A stretch of DNA of 64,000 nucleotides from a virus (Duplodnaviria > Caudoviricetes). The position numbers were made by a program, and so were the translations under genes. Location of the stretch: positions 1,755 through 65,754 of the IMG/VR virus record IMGVR_UViG_3300032285_003158; one strand, 5' to 3'. The notes under the pieces are model-generated. The model did no database searches, was not told where the DNA came from, and worked only from the letters and a program-made list of their open reading frames with translations. Below are positions 33,786-43,752 of this stretch, in pieces; within the stretch, counting starts at the first letter, position 1; every line of letters starts with the position of its first letter.

Positions 33786-33867
33786 TGGCTATATAGATCA
33801 TCATTATGATTTATGTGGATAATCCGTTAATACATTAATATACTCCGTAATACGAAAGGAAACTCAA

Positions 33868-34755
33868 ATGAGTTCATTTGCAAATCTCAAGCGCCAATCC
33901 GGCAATCTCGATAAGTTGTCTAAGGCAATCGAGGCACTCAATTCTTCTTCTGAGGGATCAGACAAGAAAGAAACCTTCTGGCGTCCAGAAGTCGATAAGG
34001 CAGGCAATGGTATGGCTACCATCCGTTTCTTGCCGGCATCTCCACAAGATGGTGATGATTCTCTCCCATGGGTTAAAATCTTCTCCCATGGATTTCAAGG
34101 TCCTGGCGGCTGGCTCATCGATAACTGCCTGACAACCAACAACCAAAAGTGTCCAGTGTGTGAACACAATTCGAGTCTGTGGAATTCAGGCATCGAAGCC
34201 AACAAGGACGTAGTTCGTAAGCAAAAGCGTAAGCTTAACTATATTGCTAACGTCTATATCGTTTCGGATCCTAAGCATCCAGAAAACGAAGGGCAGATCA
34301 AGTTGTTCAAGTTCGGTAAGAAAATCTTTGATAAGATTACTGAAGCAATGAACCCTGCTTTCGAAGATGAAACACCTATCAATCCGTTTGATATGTGGAA
34401 GGGTGCTAACTTCAAGTTGAAGATTCGTAAGGTCGAGGGCTATCAGAACTATGATAAGTCTGAGTTCGAATCTCCAGCACCATTGTCGGCTGATGATGAC
34501 AAGTTGGAAAAGATTTGGCAGAACCAGCACTCTCTGAAGACCATGACAGCCGATAGCGAATTCAAGTCATTCGATGATTTGAAGAGCCGTCTGGATAAGG
34601 TCTTGGGTCTTAATGGTGAAGTTCCCGCTGTTCGTACAACCGTAGAACAGGCTAAGGCTGCACCACGCAAGCCAGCACCTGAACCTGAGTTGGTAACGAC
34701 AGAGGAAGAAGATGATCTTAGCTACTTCTCGAAGTTGGCTAATGATGATGAGTGA
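33868..34755 (+). CDS. gp32: single-stranded DNA-binding protein gp32
   Basis: DKAGNGMATIRFLP, HGFQGPGGW, CPVCE, FKFGKKIFDKI, NYDKSEF. Confidence 0.95.
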   Translation: MSSFANLKRQSGNLDKLSKAIEALNSSSEGSDKKETFWRPEVDKAGNGMATIRFLPASPQDGDDSLPWVKIFSHGFQGPGGWLIDNCLTTNNQKCPVCEHNSSLWNSGIEANKDVVRKQKRKLNYIANVYIVSDPKHPENEGQIKLFKFGKKIFDKITEAMNPAFEDETPINPFDMWKGANFKLKIRKVEGYQNYDKSEFESPAPLSADDDKLEKIWQNQHSLKTMTADSEFKSFDDLKSRLDKVLGLNGEVPAVRTTVEQAKAAPRKPAPEPELVTTEEEDDLSYFSKLANDDE

Positions 34756-34778
34756 TTAGTCTTAATTGACCAACACAG

Positions 34779-34802
34779 AACCCCGCCTAGTGCGGGGTTT
34801 TT
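34779..34802 (+). terminator. terminator at the convergence of early/middle and late blocks
   Basis: AACCCCGC-CTAGT-GCGGGGTT followed by a T run. Confidence 0.8.
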
Positions 34803-34804
34803 CA

Positions 34805-36325
34805 TTATATGGGTCGAAGCCCCTGTTTCTGCAATTTTTGCAAAGTCGGATCATCAATTCGTACAGACACAGAACTGTCCATACCAATAGCAGGAGCAGA
34901 ACTACCTCCACCAACAGTTTTCGAGTTATCAAGTTTTATTATTTTAGGTGTATTATCTTCACTTAGTTTTGCATCATTGTTATTAGTAGTCGCATCAACA
35001 ATTCTTGCGCCGATAGGACTAGGTTCAGGTGGCATTTGTGTTGCACCTGAACGTCCACCCATTTTTCCAATTTTTATGGAAGTTTCACCTGTACTCGCAT
35101 TTGATTTTGCAACACCTATATCGTAAATACTTTGTCCTGCAGCAGGCAATTGTGAACCTGCGACTTCCATCGCAGATTTATTTTGTTTAGGATTTACTCT
35201 GAATTGGTTTAGTGCCGCAACCATATTTGGATTACTCTGCACCCAATCTTGACTTAACAATTCATTTTTAACATCCTCATCTATTGTATTATTATTTTTT
35301 GTTGCCGCATCCGTCACGTCTTTGAAATGCTCTGCGTTCGCTTTATCTGCTCTTTTTTCTTTTTCGGTTTTTATACCAAATATGTTTTTAACCTTATCAC
35401 TTACAACTTCTTCAATTGTTGCATTTGGGTCTCCAGTATGCCATTGAGCCATCTTATCCAATATTTGTTTACCGGCCCAAGCAGTTAAAGCAATGCCTCC
35501 CACTATTAAAAGGGGTGTTAATAGTGGCGCTAAAAATCTTAAAACGTTAATTAATGTTTTTAAACCCGTTAGTTCCTTTAACCATCCCAAATCCTTGAGC
35601 CATTTGAAATCTGTTATCCAACCAAACATATCAGTCACTTGTTTAATAGCACTATCAATCATTCCAGTAACGGTACCAATAACACTTTTAACCATTTCAC
35701 CTATAATTTCAAGGAAAGATTTACCTTCTTCTTTTTTCGCTTTAACTGGTACAGCCATGCCGGTTCCAGTTAAGGCTTTTAATATTTCTTTATGTTGTTT
35801 TTCTTTAAGTTCGTTTTCTTCTATCTTCTTCCGTTTGTCTTCATCTCTCGCATTCGAGTCTGCTTTACTGTTGATCAGGAATAAATTATAAATTTTAGCC
35901 AGAACATTGGAAACACTATCACCCGATTTTAATTTTGGTTGTTGACCTTCAGAAACTTTTGTATGCAGTGCTTTACTCAGTTCACCTAAATCTGGTCCAG
36001 TTTTTGTATATTGGTGTGCAGGTGCATTTTTACTTCTTGGTGAACGCCCAGTAAAATGTTCCATATCTTCTTGGCTTCGGCCAGTTGCACGACCAATTAC
36101 TGCCGCGCCAACATTGCCTGTCAGTTTCTTTGCAATGTTTAGCGGATCAAATTTCTCTTTGAGTCCAGTTACTTTAGCCTTGAATGTGCTGGAAATTCCT
36201 CGACCAATAGAACCGGCAATAGAACCATTGCCTGATATTAAACTATCAGTAACATTTCCTAGAAGCCCACGCTCTCTAGTTTGTGCTGCTGCTTGATATG
36301 ATGGTGCTGAGGATTGTTTTGCCAT
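34805..36325 (-). CDS. putative tail/baseplate-hub (tape-measure-like) protein
   Basis: follows the gp26/gp51 block; coiled coil plus hydrophobic segment; N-terminus paralogous to 36335-38140. Confidence 0.5.
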   Translation of the reverse strand: MAKQSSAPSYQAAAQTRERGLLGNVTDSLISGNGSIAGSIGRGISSTFKAKVTGLKEKFDPLNIAKKLTGNVGAAVIGRATGRSQEDMEHFTGRSPRSKNAPAHQYTKTGPDLGELSKALHTKVSEGQQPKLKSGDSVSNVLAKIYNLFLINSKADSNARDEDKRKKIEENELKEKQHKEILKALTGTGMAVPVKAKKEEGKSFLEIIGEMVKSVIGTVTGMIDSAIKQVTDMFGWITDFKWLKDLGWLKELTGLKTLINVLRFLAPLLTPLLIVGGIALTAWAGKQILDKMAQWHTGDPNATIEEVVSDKVKNIFGIKTEKEKRADKANAEHFKDVTDAATKNNNTIDEDVKNELLSQDWVQSNPNMVAALNQFRVNPKQNKSAMEVAGSQLPAAGQSIYDIGVAKSNASTGETSIKIGKMGGRSGATQMPPEPSPIGARIVDATTNNNDAKLSEDNTPKIIKLDNSKTVGGGSSAPAIGMDSSVSVRIDDPTLQKLQKQGLRPI

Positions 36326-36334
36326 TTTGTTTTA

Positions 36335-38140
36335 TTATTGTTGGTAAGCAGGTCGATCTTGTTGTGTAGGGTTCGTTAATGTCATTCTTTTACCTCCAGG
36401 AGGTACAACTGCGGTAGTTGAACTGTCACTTATGACGGTTAACCTAACTTTAGTTTGTTGCATATTTTTTAAGGTTTTGGATGCAGCATCAACTTTATTA
36501 CCTGTTTGTAGTTCCTGACTGGCAGAGGAATGTGGAGACATTCCTCCTTTTTTTTCTAATCTACTTGCAAGTATTCCTTCAAAATCAGCTGCTTTTATTT
36601 CAAGCAATTCAGCATTATTACCTATATCATAATTATGATCAGACATAACTTCTGCAACTGTTTTATCTTCACCCTTTTTAATTGAATTATAAACCGCAGC
36701 AGCACCTCCAGCACCAATGTAATGTGCCATATATTCATAACCTGGAGTTATAGGAACACCCAATCGTTTTAACGTTTTAACATCCTGTGTGTGCAAAAGT
36801 TGTTGCAATTCATCTTGTAATGCAGGCGTGAATTTCGTATTCATATTCACATCTGGTTTTTTCAGCATCAATTGCTGCACAAGTCCTGTTCCTTTTTTGC
36901 TACCAAATAATGTCGAGGGCATAAATTGATATTTGCCTACGGCTCCAGCACCGGCACCATTTTTTGATCGATATTCACCAAAAGCCTTAACTTCCGCAAG
37001 AGTCATTTCTGTTAATTTTTTTCCAGAATATTCTTCTGGTGTTTTCAGATTGAGTGGTTTTTTAGTTTTTGGATCCTTTGCAATATTGATTGTCTTGCCG
37101 GCCTTCTTATTGAATACATCACCGTAAGAAAGATCATAATTACCACCCGTTTCAGCACCACCAATAGCGTCGGCGGCCGAAACAGCAACACCAACTTTAG
37201 CTGCAGTTTTTGCCGCGGTTGAAACTGGTGCTTTAGTTGCAGTTGGGGCTGGTGCTTTAGCAGGTTCAGTTTTGGGTGCTGTTGATTCGGCAGGTTTGGC
37301 CGTAGTTTTAGGTGCAGTTGGCTCAGCACGTTTAGCCTTAGTTTTAACATTCGATTTAGGAGCAGGTGCTGGTGCCTTAGCAGGTTCAGTTTTAGGTTCT
37401 GGTGCCTTAGCAGGTTCAGTTTTGGGTGCTGTTGATTCGGCAGGTTTGGCCGTAGTTTTAGGTGCAGGAGCAGGCGCAGCGGCCTTACCAGGTTCTGCTT
37501 TGGGTGCTGGAGCAGGTGCGGCGGGCTCAGCCTTTTTAGTCTGTTTCTCTACTTCTTTTTTTGTTTTCTTAGGCTCAGGCGCTTTCTTCTTGGACTTCTC
37601 AATTGCATCAATAAATTCTTCGTGTCGTCTTTTATCTTCAGCAGCATTTTCTTTACTGAAGTCTTTATCCAATTCTCGTTCAAGTTTCTTAACATCATAA
37701 GAAGTCTTCATTGCATTGTACAATTTGGCACCAACATTGGCCAAACTATCATTCTTCTTTAGTCCATTTCTAGAACCATCAGAAATATTTGCATAGAGTG
37801 CTGTGTCAACTCCACCTAATTTACCTTTGGGCTTTAATGCTGAAAATGCTCTCCCCAGAAGTCCACCATCTTTACCCTTATTAGCAAAATAACTCATATC
37901 GGACTTTGATCGGCCCATCATACGACCAAGAATACCGACACCAACACCACCTGTCATCTTCTTTGCAATGTTTAACGGATCAAACTTCTCTTTGACACCG
38001 GTAACCTTAGCCTTAAACGTGTCCGAAATTCCACGGCCAATACCTCCAGTAATGGAACCACCACCAGATATTAAATTATCAGTGATGTTTCCAAGTAAAC
38101 CACGTTCTCTTACTTCGGCGGCACGTTCGTATTTGTTCAT
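36335..38140 (-). CDS. virion protein with Pro/Ala/Lys repeat linker and lysozyme-like domain
   Basis: IGGAETGGNY...AVGKYQFMPSTL...YMAHYIGAGGA; repeated KTEPAKAP units. Confidence 0.6.
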   Translation of the reverse strand: MNKYERAAEVRERGLLGNITDNLISGGGSITGGIGRGISDTFKAKVTGVKEKFDPLNIAKKMTGGVGVGILGRMMGRSKSDMSYFANKGKDGGLLGRAFSALKPKGKLGGVDTALYANISDGSRNGLKKNDSLANVGAKLYNAMKTSYDVKKLERELDKDFSKENAAEDKRRHEEFIDAIEKSKKKAPEPKKTKKEVEKQTKKAEPAAPAPAPKAEPGKAAAPAPAPKTTAKPAESTAPKTEPAKAPEPKTEPAKAPAPAPKSNVKTKAKRAEPTAPKTTAKPAESTAPKTEPAKAPAPTATKAPVSTAAKTAAKVGVAVSAADAIGGAETGGNYDLSYGDVFNKKAGKTINIAKDPKTKKPLNLKTPEEYSGKKLTEMTLAEVKAFGEYRSKNGAGAGAVGKYQFMPSTLFGSKKGTGLVQQLMLKKPDVNMNTKFTPALQDELQQLLHTQDVKTLKRLGVPITPGYEYMAHYIGAGGAAAVYNSIKKGEDKTVAEVMSDHNYDIGNNAELLEIKAADFEGILASRLEKKGGMSPHSSASQELQTGNKVDAASKTLKNMQQTKVRLTVISDSSTTAVVPPGGKRMTLTNPTQQDRPAYQQ

Positions 38141-38322
38141 CTTTGTTTCTGTTTAATTTTCTCGGTTTCTTCCTCAATATATTGTATAAGCATACTAATG
38201 TAAATGTCTCTCTCCCAAGGGATCATAGACTCCAATTCAGACAAACTGTACTTATGATGTTGCATCAAAGCGAAATTAGTTTTATAGTAATTCCGCAAAT
38301 TATCATGACGAAATATTAGCCG
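38137..38322 (-). CDS. gp51: gp51-like baseplate hub assembly protein (possibly reached by -1 frameshift from gp26)
   Basis: HDNLRNYYKTNFALMQHHKYSLSELESMIPWERDIY; conserved part begins upstream of the first in-frame ATG. Confidence 0.7.
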   Translation of the reverse strand, partial: RLIFRHDNLRNYYKTNFALMQHHKYSLSELESMIPWERDIYISMLIQYIEEETEKIKQKQR

Positions 38323-39041
38323 AAAAAACTTTCCAGCCCTTCCACCTCAATCGTATGGTCGAAACCACACTTACCACATTTAATCTCAATCTTCTTATTT
38401 AACTTCGGCAAATTATCAAAAAATTCTTCAATCTTTGCAAACTGTTCTCGGTTCAAAGACTCCACAAACTCGATAAGTTCTGCGGTTGTAGATTCTTTAG
38501 CATAGTGAAACTGTTGACCATCATAGATGTATTCGATACTATCAATAATCATCTGGAATGCTAAATCGGTAGATGATTCGAATTTAGTAGCCTTCTCCAT
38601 GATAGAGAACTCAGGATACTTTAACTTGATACTGATCTGACTGTTTATTTGAATCTCATCCTTGATGTTTTCATCCTTGTCGATTTTAATATCAAGCAGA
38701 TTGACTTTAACATCCATGAGATTGTTGCATGTAACATCTTCTACAAGATTCTCACATCGATATTTGTTATCAACCACTTCACCAACAGACCTTGCTCTTA
38801 GGTGAATGAAGTAATATTCAACATCAAGAATCGGAAGTTTGTTGATATCAATATTTTCTGTCAATGTACAGTTATATAACACTTGTTTAATATTGCTCTC
38901 AATGGTTTCTTTATCTTCAGATTCCATTGCCATCATTAGATTACGCTGTTCTTTTACAAGGAACGGTCTAAATCTAAGTTGTTTTTTACATAACGGTAAT
39001 TCCAGTTCATATACTGGTGCATCAAGTTTTGGCAAAGCCAT
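38316..39041 (-). CDS. gp26: baseplate hub subunit gp26-like
   Basis: MALPKLDAPVYELELP...FRPFLVKEQ...LRARSVGE...LKYP...CGKCG...EGLESFFG. Confidence 0.85.
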   Translation of the reverse strand: MALPKLDAPVYELELPLCKKQLRFRPFLVKEQRNLMMAMESEDKETIESNIKQVLYNCTLTENIDINKLPILDVEYYFIHLRARSVGEVVDNKYRCENLVEDVTCNNLMDVKVNLLDIKIDKDENIKDEIQINSQISIKLKYPEFSIMEKATKFESSTDLAFQMIIDSIEYIYDGQQFHYAKESTTAELIEFVESLNREQFAKIEEFFDNLPKLNKKIEIKCGKCGFDHTIEVEGLESFFG

Positions 39042-39078
39042 AGTGTATTCTCCTCAAAAATAATATATTAAAAAATAT

Positions 39079-39747
39079 TCATTTATTAACAGGTGTACCA
39101 TCAGCATTCACATCGGCCGTAGGTATTCCAATCTGTGAACCCAATGGACCAGTATATGCTTTTGGTGAAAAACCTGTTGCAACCTGTGCAATAAAGTTCT
39201 GAGCCAAACTGGAACCAAACGATTGCAGAGAATTGTTTTGCCAGTAAGAATTAGCAAATACAACAGTCAGTTTATGATAATCAGTAGAACTCCAATTTAA
39301 ATCCAACTGATTAACTGCAATAGGATATGCATCAATTATGTTAACCGAATATGTCAAATTATTCAGTTCATCATATTGATTGATTTGCAACGTGCTAATG
39401 TAATCTGTTTTGTAACGAAAATCATATTTGTATGTTGGATTGATATATTCCATCCATGCATCAAAGAATTTCTTTTCTTCCATGTTACCCGAAACAATAA
39501 ATGTCATCTCGACATCATTATAGTTTGACATATATGGATATTTCTCAACAGGATTCGAACCGAACTTCTGTTCTGTTGTTGAGAATGTTCTGCTTGGTAA
39601 ATTGGTACTCTCACACCTAAGTGATAATGTTCTTGCAATACCCCGATACGGTAACAGAACCAATGGAATAGGAATACTAACATCAAATCGATTAGCCTTT
39701 GCTAAATCAGTAGTGAAGCTAGATTTAAACTCATTTAAACTTGGCAT
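39079..39747 (-). CDS. tail tube-like protein / baseplate tube initiator (gp54-like)
   Basis: gp19-fold motifs LRCESTNLPSR, FFDAWMEYI, DAYPIAV..LDL.W. Confidence 0.7.
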   Translation of the reverse strand: MPSLNEFKSSFTTDLAKANRFDVSIPIPLVLLPYRGIARTLSLRCESTNLPSRTFSTTEQKFGSNPVEKYPYMSNYNDVEMTFIVSGNMEEKKFFDAWMEYINPTYKYDFRYKTDYISTLQINQYDELNNLTYSVNIIDAYPIAVNQLDLNWSSTDYHKLTVVFANSYWQNNSLQSFGSSLAQNFIAQVATGFSPKAYTGPLGSQIGIPTADVNADGTPVNK

Positions 39748-40353
39748 TTAAGGATTCCTTATTTGTTCCATGGATTCTTTCCATACTGCCGCAGGTTTCG
39801 CTTTTCTGAACTGTTGCACTGGTAAAAATGCTGCAATATCCCATTCATCAGGATGAACAGCAAGTATTTTTGATTTCACATGACCGTGCAAGTATTGCTT
39901 CACGCAGGGCTTGAACTCTTTCATGCGTTTGGATGCAGCCAGGATGTCGTAGGTGACACGGAGGCGCTTTATCTCATGCTCTGCAGTGTAGGATGCAAAC
40001 TGCAGCAATTTAGCCAGGAATATGATTCTATATTTGAGAGGTAAATAGTGTAAATTCAATCCTAGAAACCCATCAGGATACTTTTCCAACACTAATACTA
40101 ATGGAAATCTATCGTAATACGGTAAATCCAATTTAGTTTTTGGATCATAATAAAAGTAATATAATCCGCCCCTCATAAATTTACCTTTTGCGGTAAATCT
40201 ATCTTGTTCTTTACTGATAGCGGAAGCAATATTACTTGTATTCTTCAAGTTATTAACTTTACCCATCAGCCATTTTATCGACTCTCTCGATAAGGTTTCA
40301 AGTTGAGCTTCGGTTTTCTGCTCGGCGAGTGTGGTTAGTTTAGATTTAGTCAT
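39748..40353 (-). CDS. gp2: DNA end protector protein gp2
   Basis: YYDPKTKLDLPYYDRFPLV, GFLGLNLHYLP; TATAAATA at 40359-40366. Confidence 0.85.
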   Translation of the reverse strand: MTKSKLTTLAEQKTEAQLETLSRESIKWLMGKVNNLKNTSNIASAISKEQDRFTAKGKFMRGGLYYFYYDPKTKLDLPYYDRFPLVLVLEKYPDGFLGLNLHYLPLKYRIIFLAKLLQFASYTAEHEIKRLRVTYDILAASKRMKEFKPCVKQYLHGHVKSKILAVHPDEWDIAAFLPVQQFRKAKPAAVWKESMEQIRNP

Positions 40354-40371
40354 ACTACTATTTATAGGACG

Positions 40372-40399
40372 AAAAAAAGGGAACCCGAAGGTTCCCTTT
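40372..40399 (-). terminator. terminator after gp23
   Basis: AAAGGGAACC-TTCG-GGTTCCCTTT-TTTT on the minus strand. Confidence 0.85.
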
Positions 40400-40435
40400 G
40401 AAACTCCACTCTACGGTGGATTTTTCCAACTTAAC

Positions 40436-41770
40436 TCACATCAAATTCTTCACGCCAAAAAGTCGGTAGTAAACATTTGTACGAGCCAGCAACTGACCAC
40501 CGTTGGTAGTAGTAGCGCCTTGTGCAAACGGATTTGCAACCATGCCGTAACGAGTCTTGAAACCAATCTTAGGTTGGAATGTGAACTGGTCAACTGCACG
40601 AACCATTTGTAGCGGAACGTATGGGCAGTAGAACAGACCAGCATCATAAGGTGTCGAACCCTTATAACCGATTGTAACCAATTCTTGGTTGCTTGTGTAG
40701 CCACCGAAGTATGGGTCGATGTAGACCTTGATGCGGCGATGTAACAGACCAGCGAAGGTGTTACCGGTGTCATCAACTTGCAGGTCAGCAGTCAGAGCAG
40801 GTGTATACGAAAGAACGCCAGCCATTGCCATTGCGGATGCAACGTCAGACGAAACGATCAGAACGTTACCCTTACCACGACGAGTTTGCTTTGCAATTAC
40901 GTTAGCATCACGCTCGATTTGGAAGATAAGACCCTTGAAACGCTCAACAGACCAACGACCGTTCGAGTCAGTATCCAAGTCGAAGTAACCAGCAGTAGTT
41001 GTACCGTACTGAGCACCTGCAACAGCGCAAGTGTAGATTGTGCGGATAACTTCACGGTTGATTTCAGCAAGAATTTCTGTAGACAGAATGTTCGACAATT
41101 CTGTTTCAGCGTCAAGACCGTGAATAGCCTTCAAGTCTTGAGCAAGTTCAAGCGAGTACTCAGCCTTCAGTGCGCGTGATTGAGCAGTTACAGTAACTTT
41201 CTCAATTGTGAACGCCATTTGCTGGAATGCATTAGCACCCGAAGCTTCTGAACCCAAGAATTCTGCAGCAGCAGTAGTCATGCCGATACCAGAAGTGGTA
41301 GCGCCAGAAGTTGGGTCTTGGAATGTAGTTGCAATGTCGGATGCAACAGTACCCTTTGTACCGTATGGATTACCACGCGAATCAATACCGGAGAAGATGG
41401 TATTTGCTTCGTTGTAGAATGCTTCTGAACCAGATTGGTTAGCATAACGGGCGCGCATTGCGAAGATCAGACCTGTAGGTCCAGTCATTGGCTGAACGCC
41501 AGCAACATCATAAGCAATCAGGTTAGGCAACGAACGGCGAACCAAGCTGATTAAGATTGGGTCGAAGTTGCTGATACCTGAGCCAGTAACGTTTGTAGGA
41601 CCCGAATCGGTGATTTCGTTCAACGATTGGCGGTCTTGACGCATTGCTTGTTGTTGGTTTTCCAAAACAAGAGTCGTAACAGCCTTTTTGTATGGATCGG
41701 TAATCGATTCCAATTCTGGATGTTCCAGAACTGGAGCCCATTTCTTTTGTAGTTCTTCGGTTAAGTACAT
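40436..41770 (-). CDS. gp23: major capsid protein gp23
   Basis: DPILISLVRR, GVQPMTGPTGLIFAMR, SRALKAEYSLELAQDLKAIHGLDAE, FQPKIGFKTRYG. Confidence 0.98.
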   Translation of the reverse strand: MYLTEELQKKWAPVLEHPELESITDPYKKAVTTLVLENQQQAMRQDRQSLNEITDSGPTNVTGSGISNFDPILISLVRRSLPNLIAYDVAGVQPMTGPTGLIFAMRARYANQSGSEAFYNEANTIFSGIDSRGNPYGTKGTVASDIATTFQDPTSGATTSGIGMTTAAAEFLGSEASGANAFQQMAFTIEKVTVTAQSRALKAEYSLELAQDLKAIHGLDAETELSNILSTEILAEINREVIRTIYTCAVAGAQYGTTTAGYFDLDTDSNGRWSVERFKGLIFQIERDANVIAKQTRRGKGNVLIVSSDVASAMAMAGVLSYTPALTADLQVDDTGNTFAGLLHRRIKVYIDPYFGGYTSNQELVTIGYKGSTPYDAGLFYCPYVPLQMVRAVDQFTFQPKIGFKTRYGMVANPFAQGATTTNGGQLLARTNVYYRLFGVKNLM

Positions 41771-41785
41771 TTATAACTCCTTATT

Positions 41786-43066
41786 TTATTTTAAAAGGTT
41801 CTGTGAAATTGTCTTTGCGTATTGAGCAATCGAAGGATCATCAGAGATGAATGTCTTCTTTTCTTCTTCGATCAGTACTTCGTCATCAAGAGCATTATTG
41901 CTTGCAACTCTAACATCTGTACGGAAATAAGATTCTTTCAATACTTCTAGTTTATTTGCAAATTCATAATCGGAAGAATAATCAACACCCTCTGCGAGCG
42001 ATTTTAATTTTTCGACTTGAGTTTGCGACAGGCCTTCACACGCTGTGTAGATAGCCTCATTTTTCTTTTGTTCATTTAATTCTTTGTTCATTTCAACATT
42101 ACGTTCGATTTCTTCGTTGAGTGATGCCTCAAGTTCTTCAACTCTAGCAGCAAGTTCCTCAACAACATCTACCTTTTCGGTAGGAATGTCGATGTAATGC
42201 TCGGTGAACAAGTCACGTAATCCAGAAATGAAATCTTCAACGATCTCAGCACGGAGACCGCGCTCAACTGCGAGTTCATTCTCTTTCATCCACTCTTCTG
42301 CCATGTAACCAAGATAGTCGTCAACCTTCTGTGCAAGGTCTTCTTTGATTTCTTCGACAGCAAGTTCAAATTGTTCTGAGAGTGCTTCTTCGGCTTCGGC
42401 GATAACTTCTTCAGCTCGTGCAATAACTGCTGCTTCAAAAATTGTACCAGCCTTAGCAACGAATTCTTCAGAAAGGTTTTCACCAGAAAGAAGAGCATCC
42501 ATGTCTTCCTTCATTTTCTCTTTCATTTTTTCCTTCTTCAATGCCGCTTTGATCATTTTTGCATCTTGTGCAGCATCTTCGTGACCTTCACCAGATTCTT
42601 CTTTCTCTTCGTCCAAGTAATCTTCATCTTCATATTCGGTTTCTTCTGGACAATTCATCTCAGGTGCACCTGGATTTGGTGCATAAGTCTTACGCATTTT
42701 AGGTGCAGCTTGGCGATCTCTTGTGCTATCCCAAGACTGAAAATTGTCGGCATCCGGACCATCACGTAAATCAGCACGACCCATAGTATCTTGCGGACCA
42801 GTAGATTTAGTGTAACCAACGCCTCTTTTTTCCGATCCAACAGGTGGAGTTGCTCCGGGTGGAGTTGCCTGGTTTACAGTTTTAGCAGCATTTTTACCAA
42901 TGCTTACTTTGTCGAATTTGGTGTGCAAAGGTCCACCAATGTTCTCTTCACCTTGCTCATCAGCAGCAAGTTTCTTACCCAAACCAAATTTCTCACCACT
43001 ACCCATTCTTGAAGTTGTTTGTCCAAGAATTTCTTTAGCGGCTTCTGACAGATTAAATGTTCCCAT
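41786..43066 (-). CDS. gp22: prohead core scaffolding protein gp22
   Basis: LSEEFVAKAGTIFEAAV, VDDYLGY..EEWMKENELAVERG; between gp21 and gp23. Confidence 0.9.
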   Translation of the reverse strand: MGTFNLSEAAKEILGQTTSRMGSGEKFGLGKKLAADEQGEENIGGPLHTKFDKVSIGKNAAKTVNQATPPGATPPVGSEKRGVGYTKSTGPQDTMGRADLRDGPDADNFQSWDSTRDRQAAPKMRKTYAPNPGAPEMNCPEETEYEDEDYLDEEKEESGEGHEDAAQDAKMIKAALKKEKMKEKMKEDMDALLSGENLSEEFVAKAGTIFEAAVIARAEEVIAEAEEALSEQFELAVEEIKEDLAQKVDDYLGYMAEEWMKENELAVERGLRAEIVEDFISGLRDLFTEHYIDIPTEKVDVVEELAARVEELEASLNEEIERNVEMNKELNEQKKNEAIYTACEGLSQTQVEKLKSLAEGVDYSSDYEFANKLEVLKESYFRTDVRVASNNALDDEVLIEEEKKTFISDDPSIAQYAKTISQNLLK

Positions 43067-43103
43067 TTGAAAAGCTCCTTGTTTCTATATTGTATATTTA
43101 TAT

Positions 43104-43748
43104 TTAAAGTTTTTTCATGAATTGTTCGAAGATATGTAGACTTACTTTTTCAATATCTTTACGTGATGCTTTAACGATTTTCTGTTTTGCTTCACGTAAA
43201 TGTACTTCAGTCCACACACCATCAACTATCATCCATTCTTTACCCTCCATGATACCTTGTACGAAAGCACCTGGCGCGGAAGGGTCTGCTACAATATCCG
43301 CCGCTGTGGCTAGATAAAAATCGTTCTGAACAATATTAACACCGTTAACATTCTTCAACGAACCCATGCCTCTAGAAGATACACCTAATTGAGCACCACC
43401 TTCAATAAGTTTCTTGGCGATCTCACCCATTGGTGTGTCTAGAACTCTTGCTTTACCAATCCATTGTGTACCGTCTTCTTTCAAACTCTTGATGAGAATT
43501 GCAACACGGTCTAAATTGATAGATGGTGATTCAGGATGTCCCAATTCACCAAATGCTCTATTTTTATTGATGTATTCTTCATTGTAACGGTCTACTTCTT
43601 TTCTTAGAGTATTGAACTCATAAAGGCGTCCGTTACGATTCTTCTTTTCAGCGACAAGAAAAGGACCCTCAATGTGAAGGACTTTCTTGCCGTCGGCCTC
43701 TTCTGTCAGATAGTTGACGGTTTCATTAATTTCTTTGATTAGTTTCAT
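43104..43748 (-). CDS. gp21: prohead protease gp21
   Basis: NRNGRLY, GELGHP, GVSSRGMGS, DIVADPSAPGA. Confidence 0.95.
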   Translation of the reverse strand: MKLIKEINETVNYLTEEADGKKVLHIEGPFLVAEKKNRNGRLYEFNTLRKEVDRYNEEYINKNRAFGELGHPESPSINLDRVAILIKSLKEDGTQWIGKARVLDTPMGEIAKKLIEGGAQLGVSSRGMGSLKNVNGVNIVQNDFYLATAADIVADPSAPGAFVQGIMEGKEWMIVDGVWTEVHLREAKQKIVKASRKDIEKVSLHIFEQFMKKL

Positions 43749-43752
43749 GTTA

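Noticed and set aside
37250-37520. Nucleotide direct repeats as a mobile or regulatory array
   Set aside because: They encode the Pro/Ala/Lys linker of the 36335-38140 protein.
40730-40745. gp23 reads LHRRIKVY where a Gly is expected (LHGRIKVY)
   Set aside because: A single-base difference; a variant cannot be distinguished from a sequencing error.
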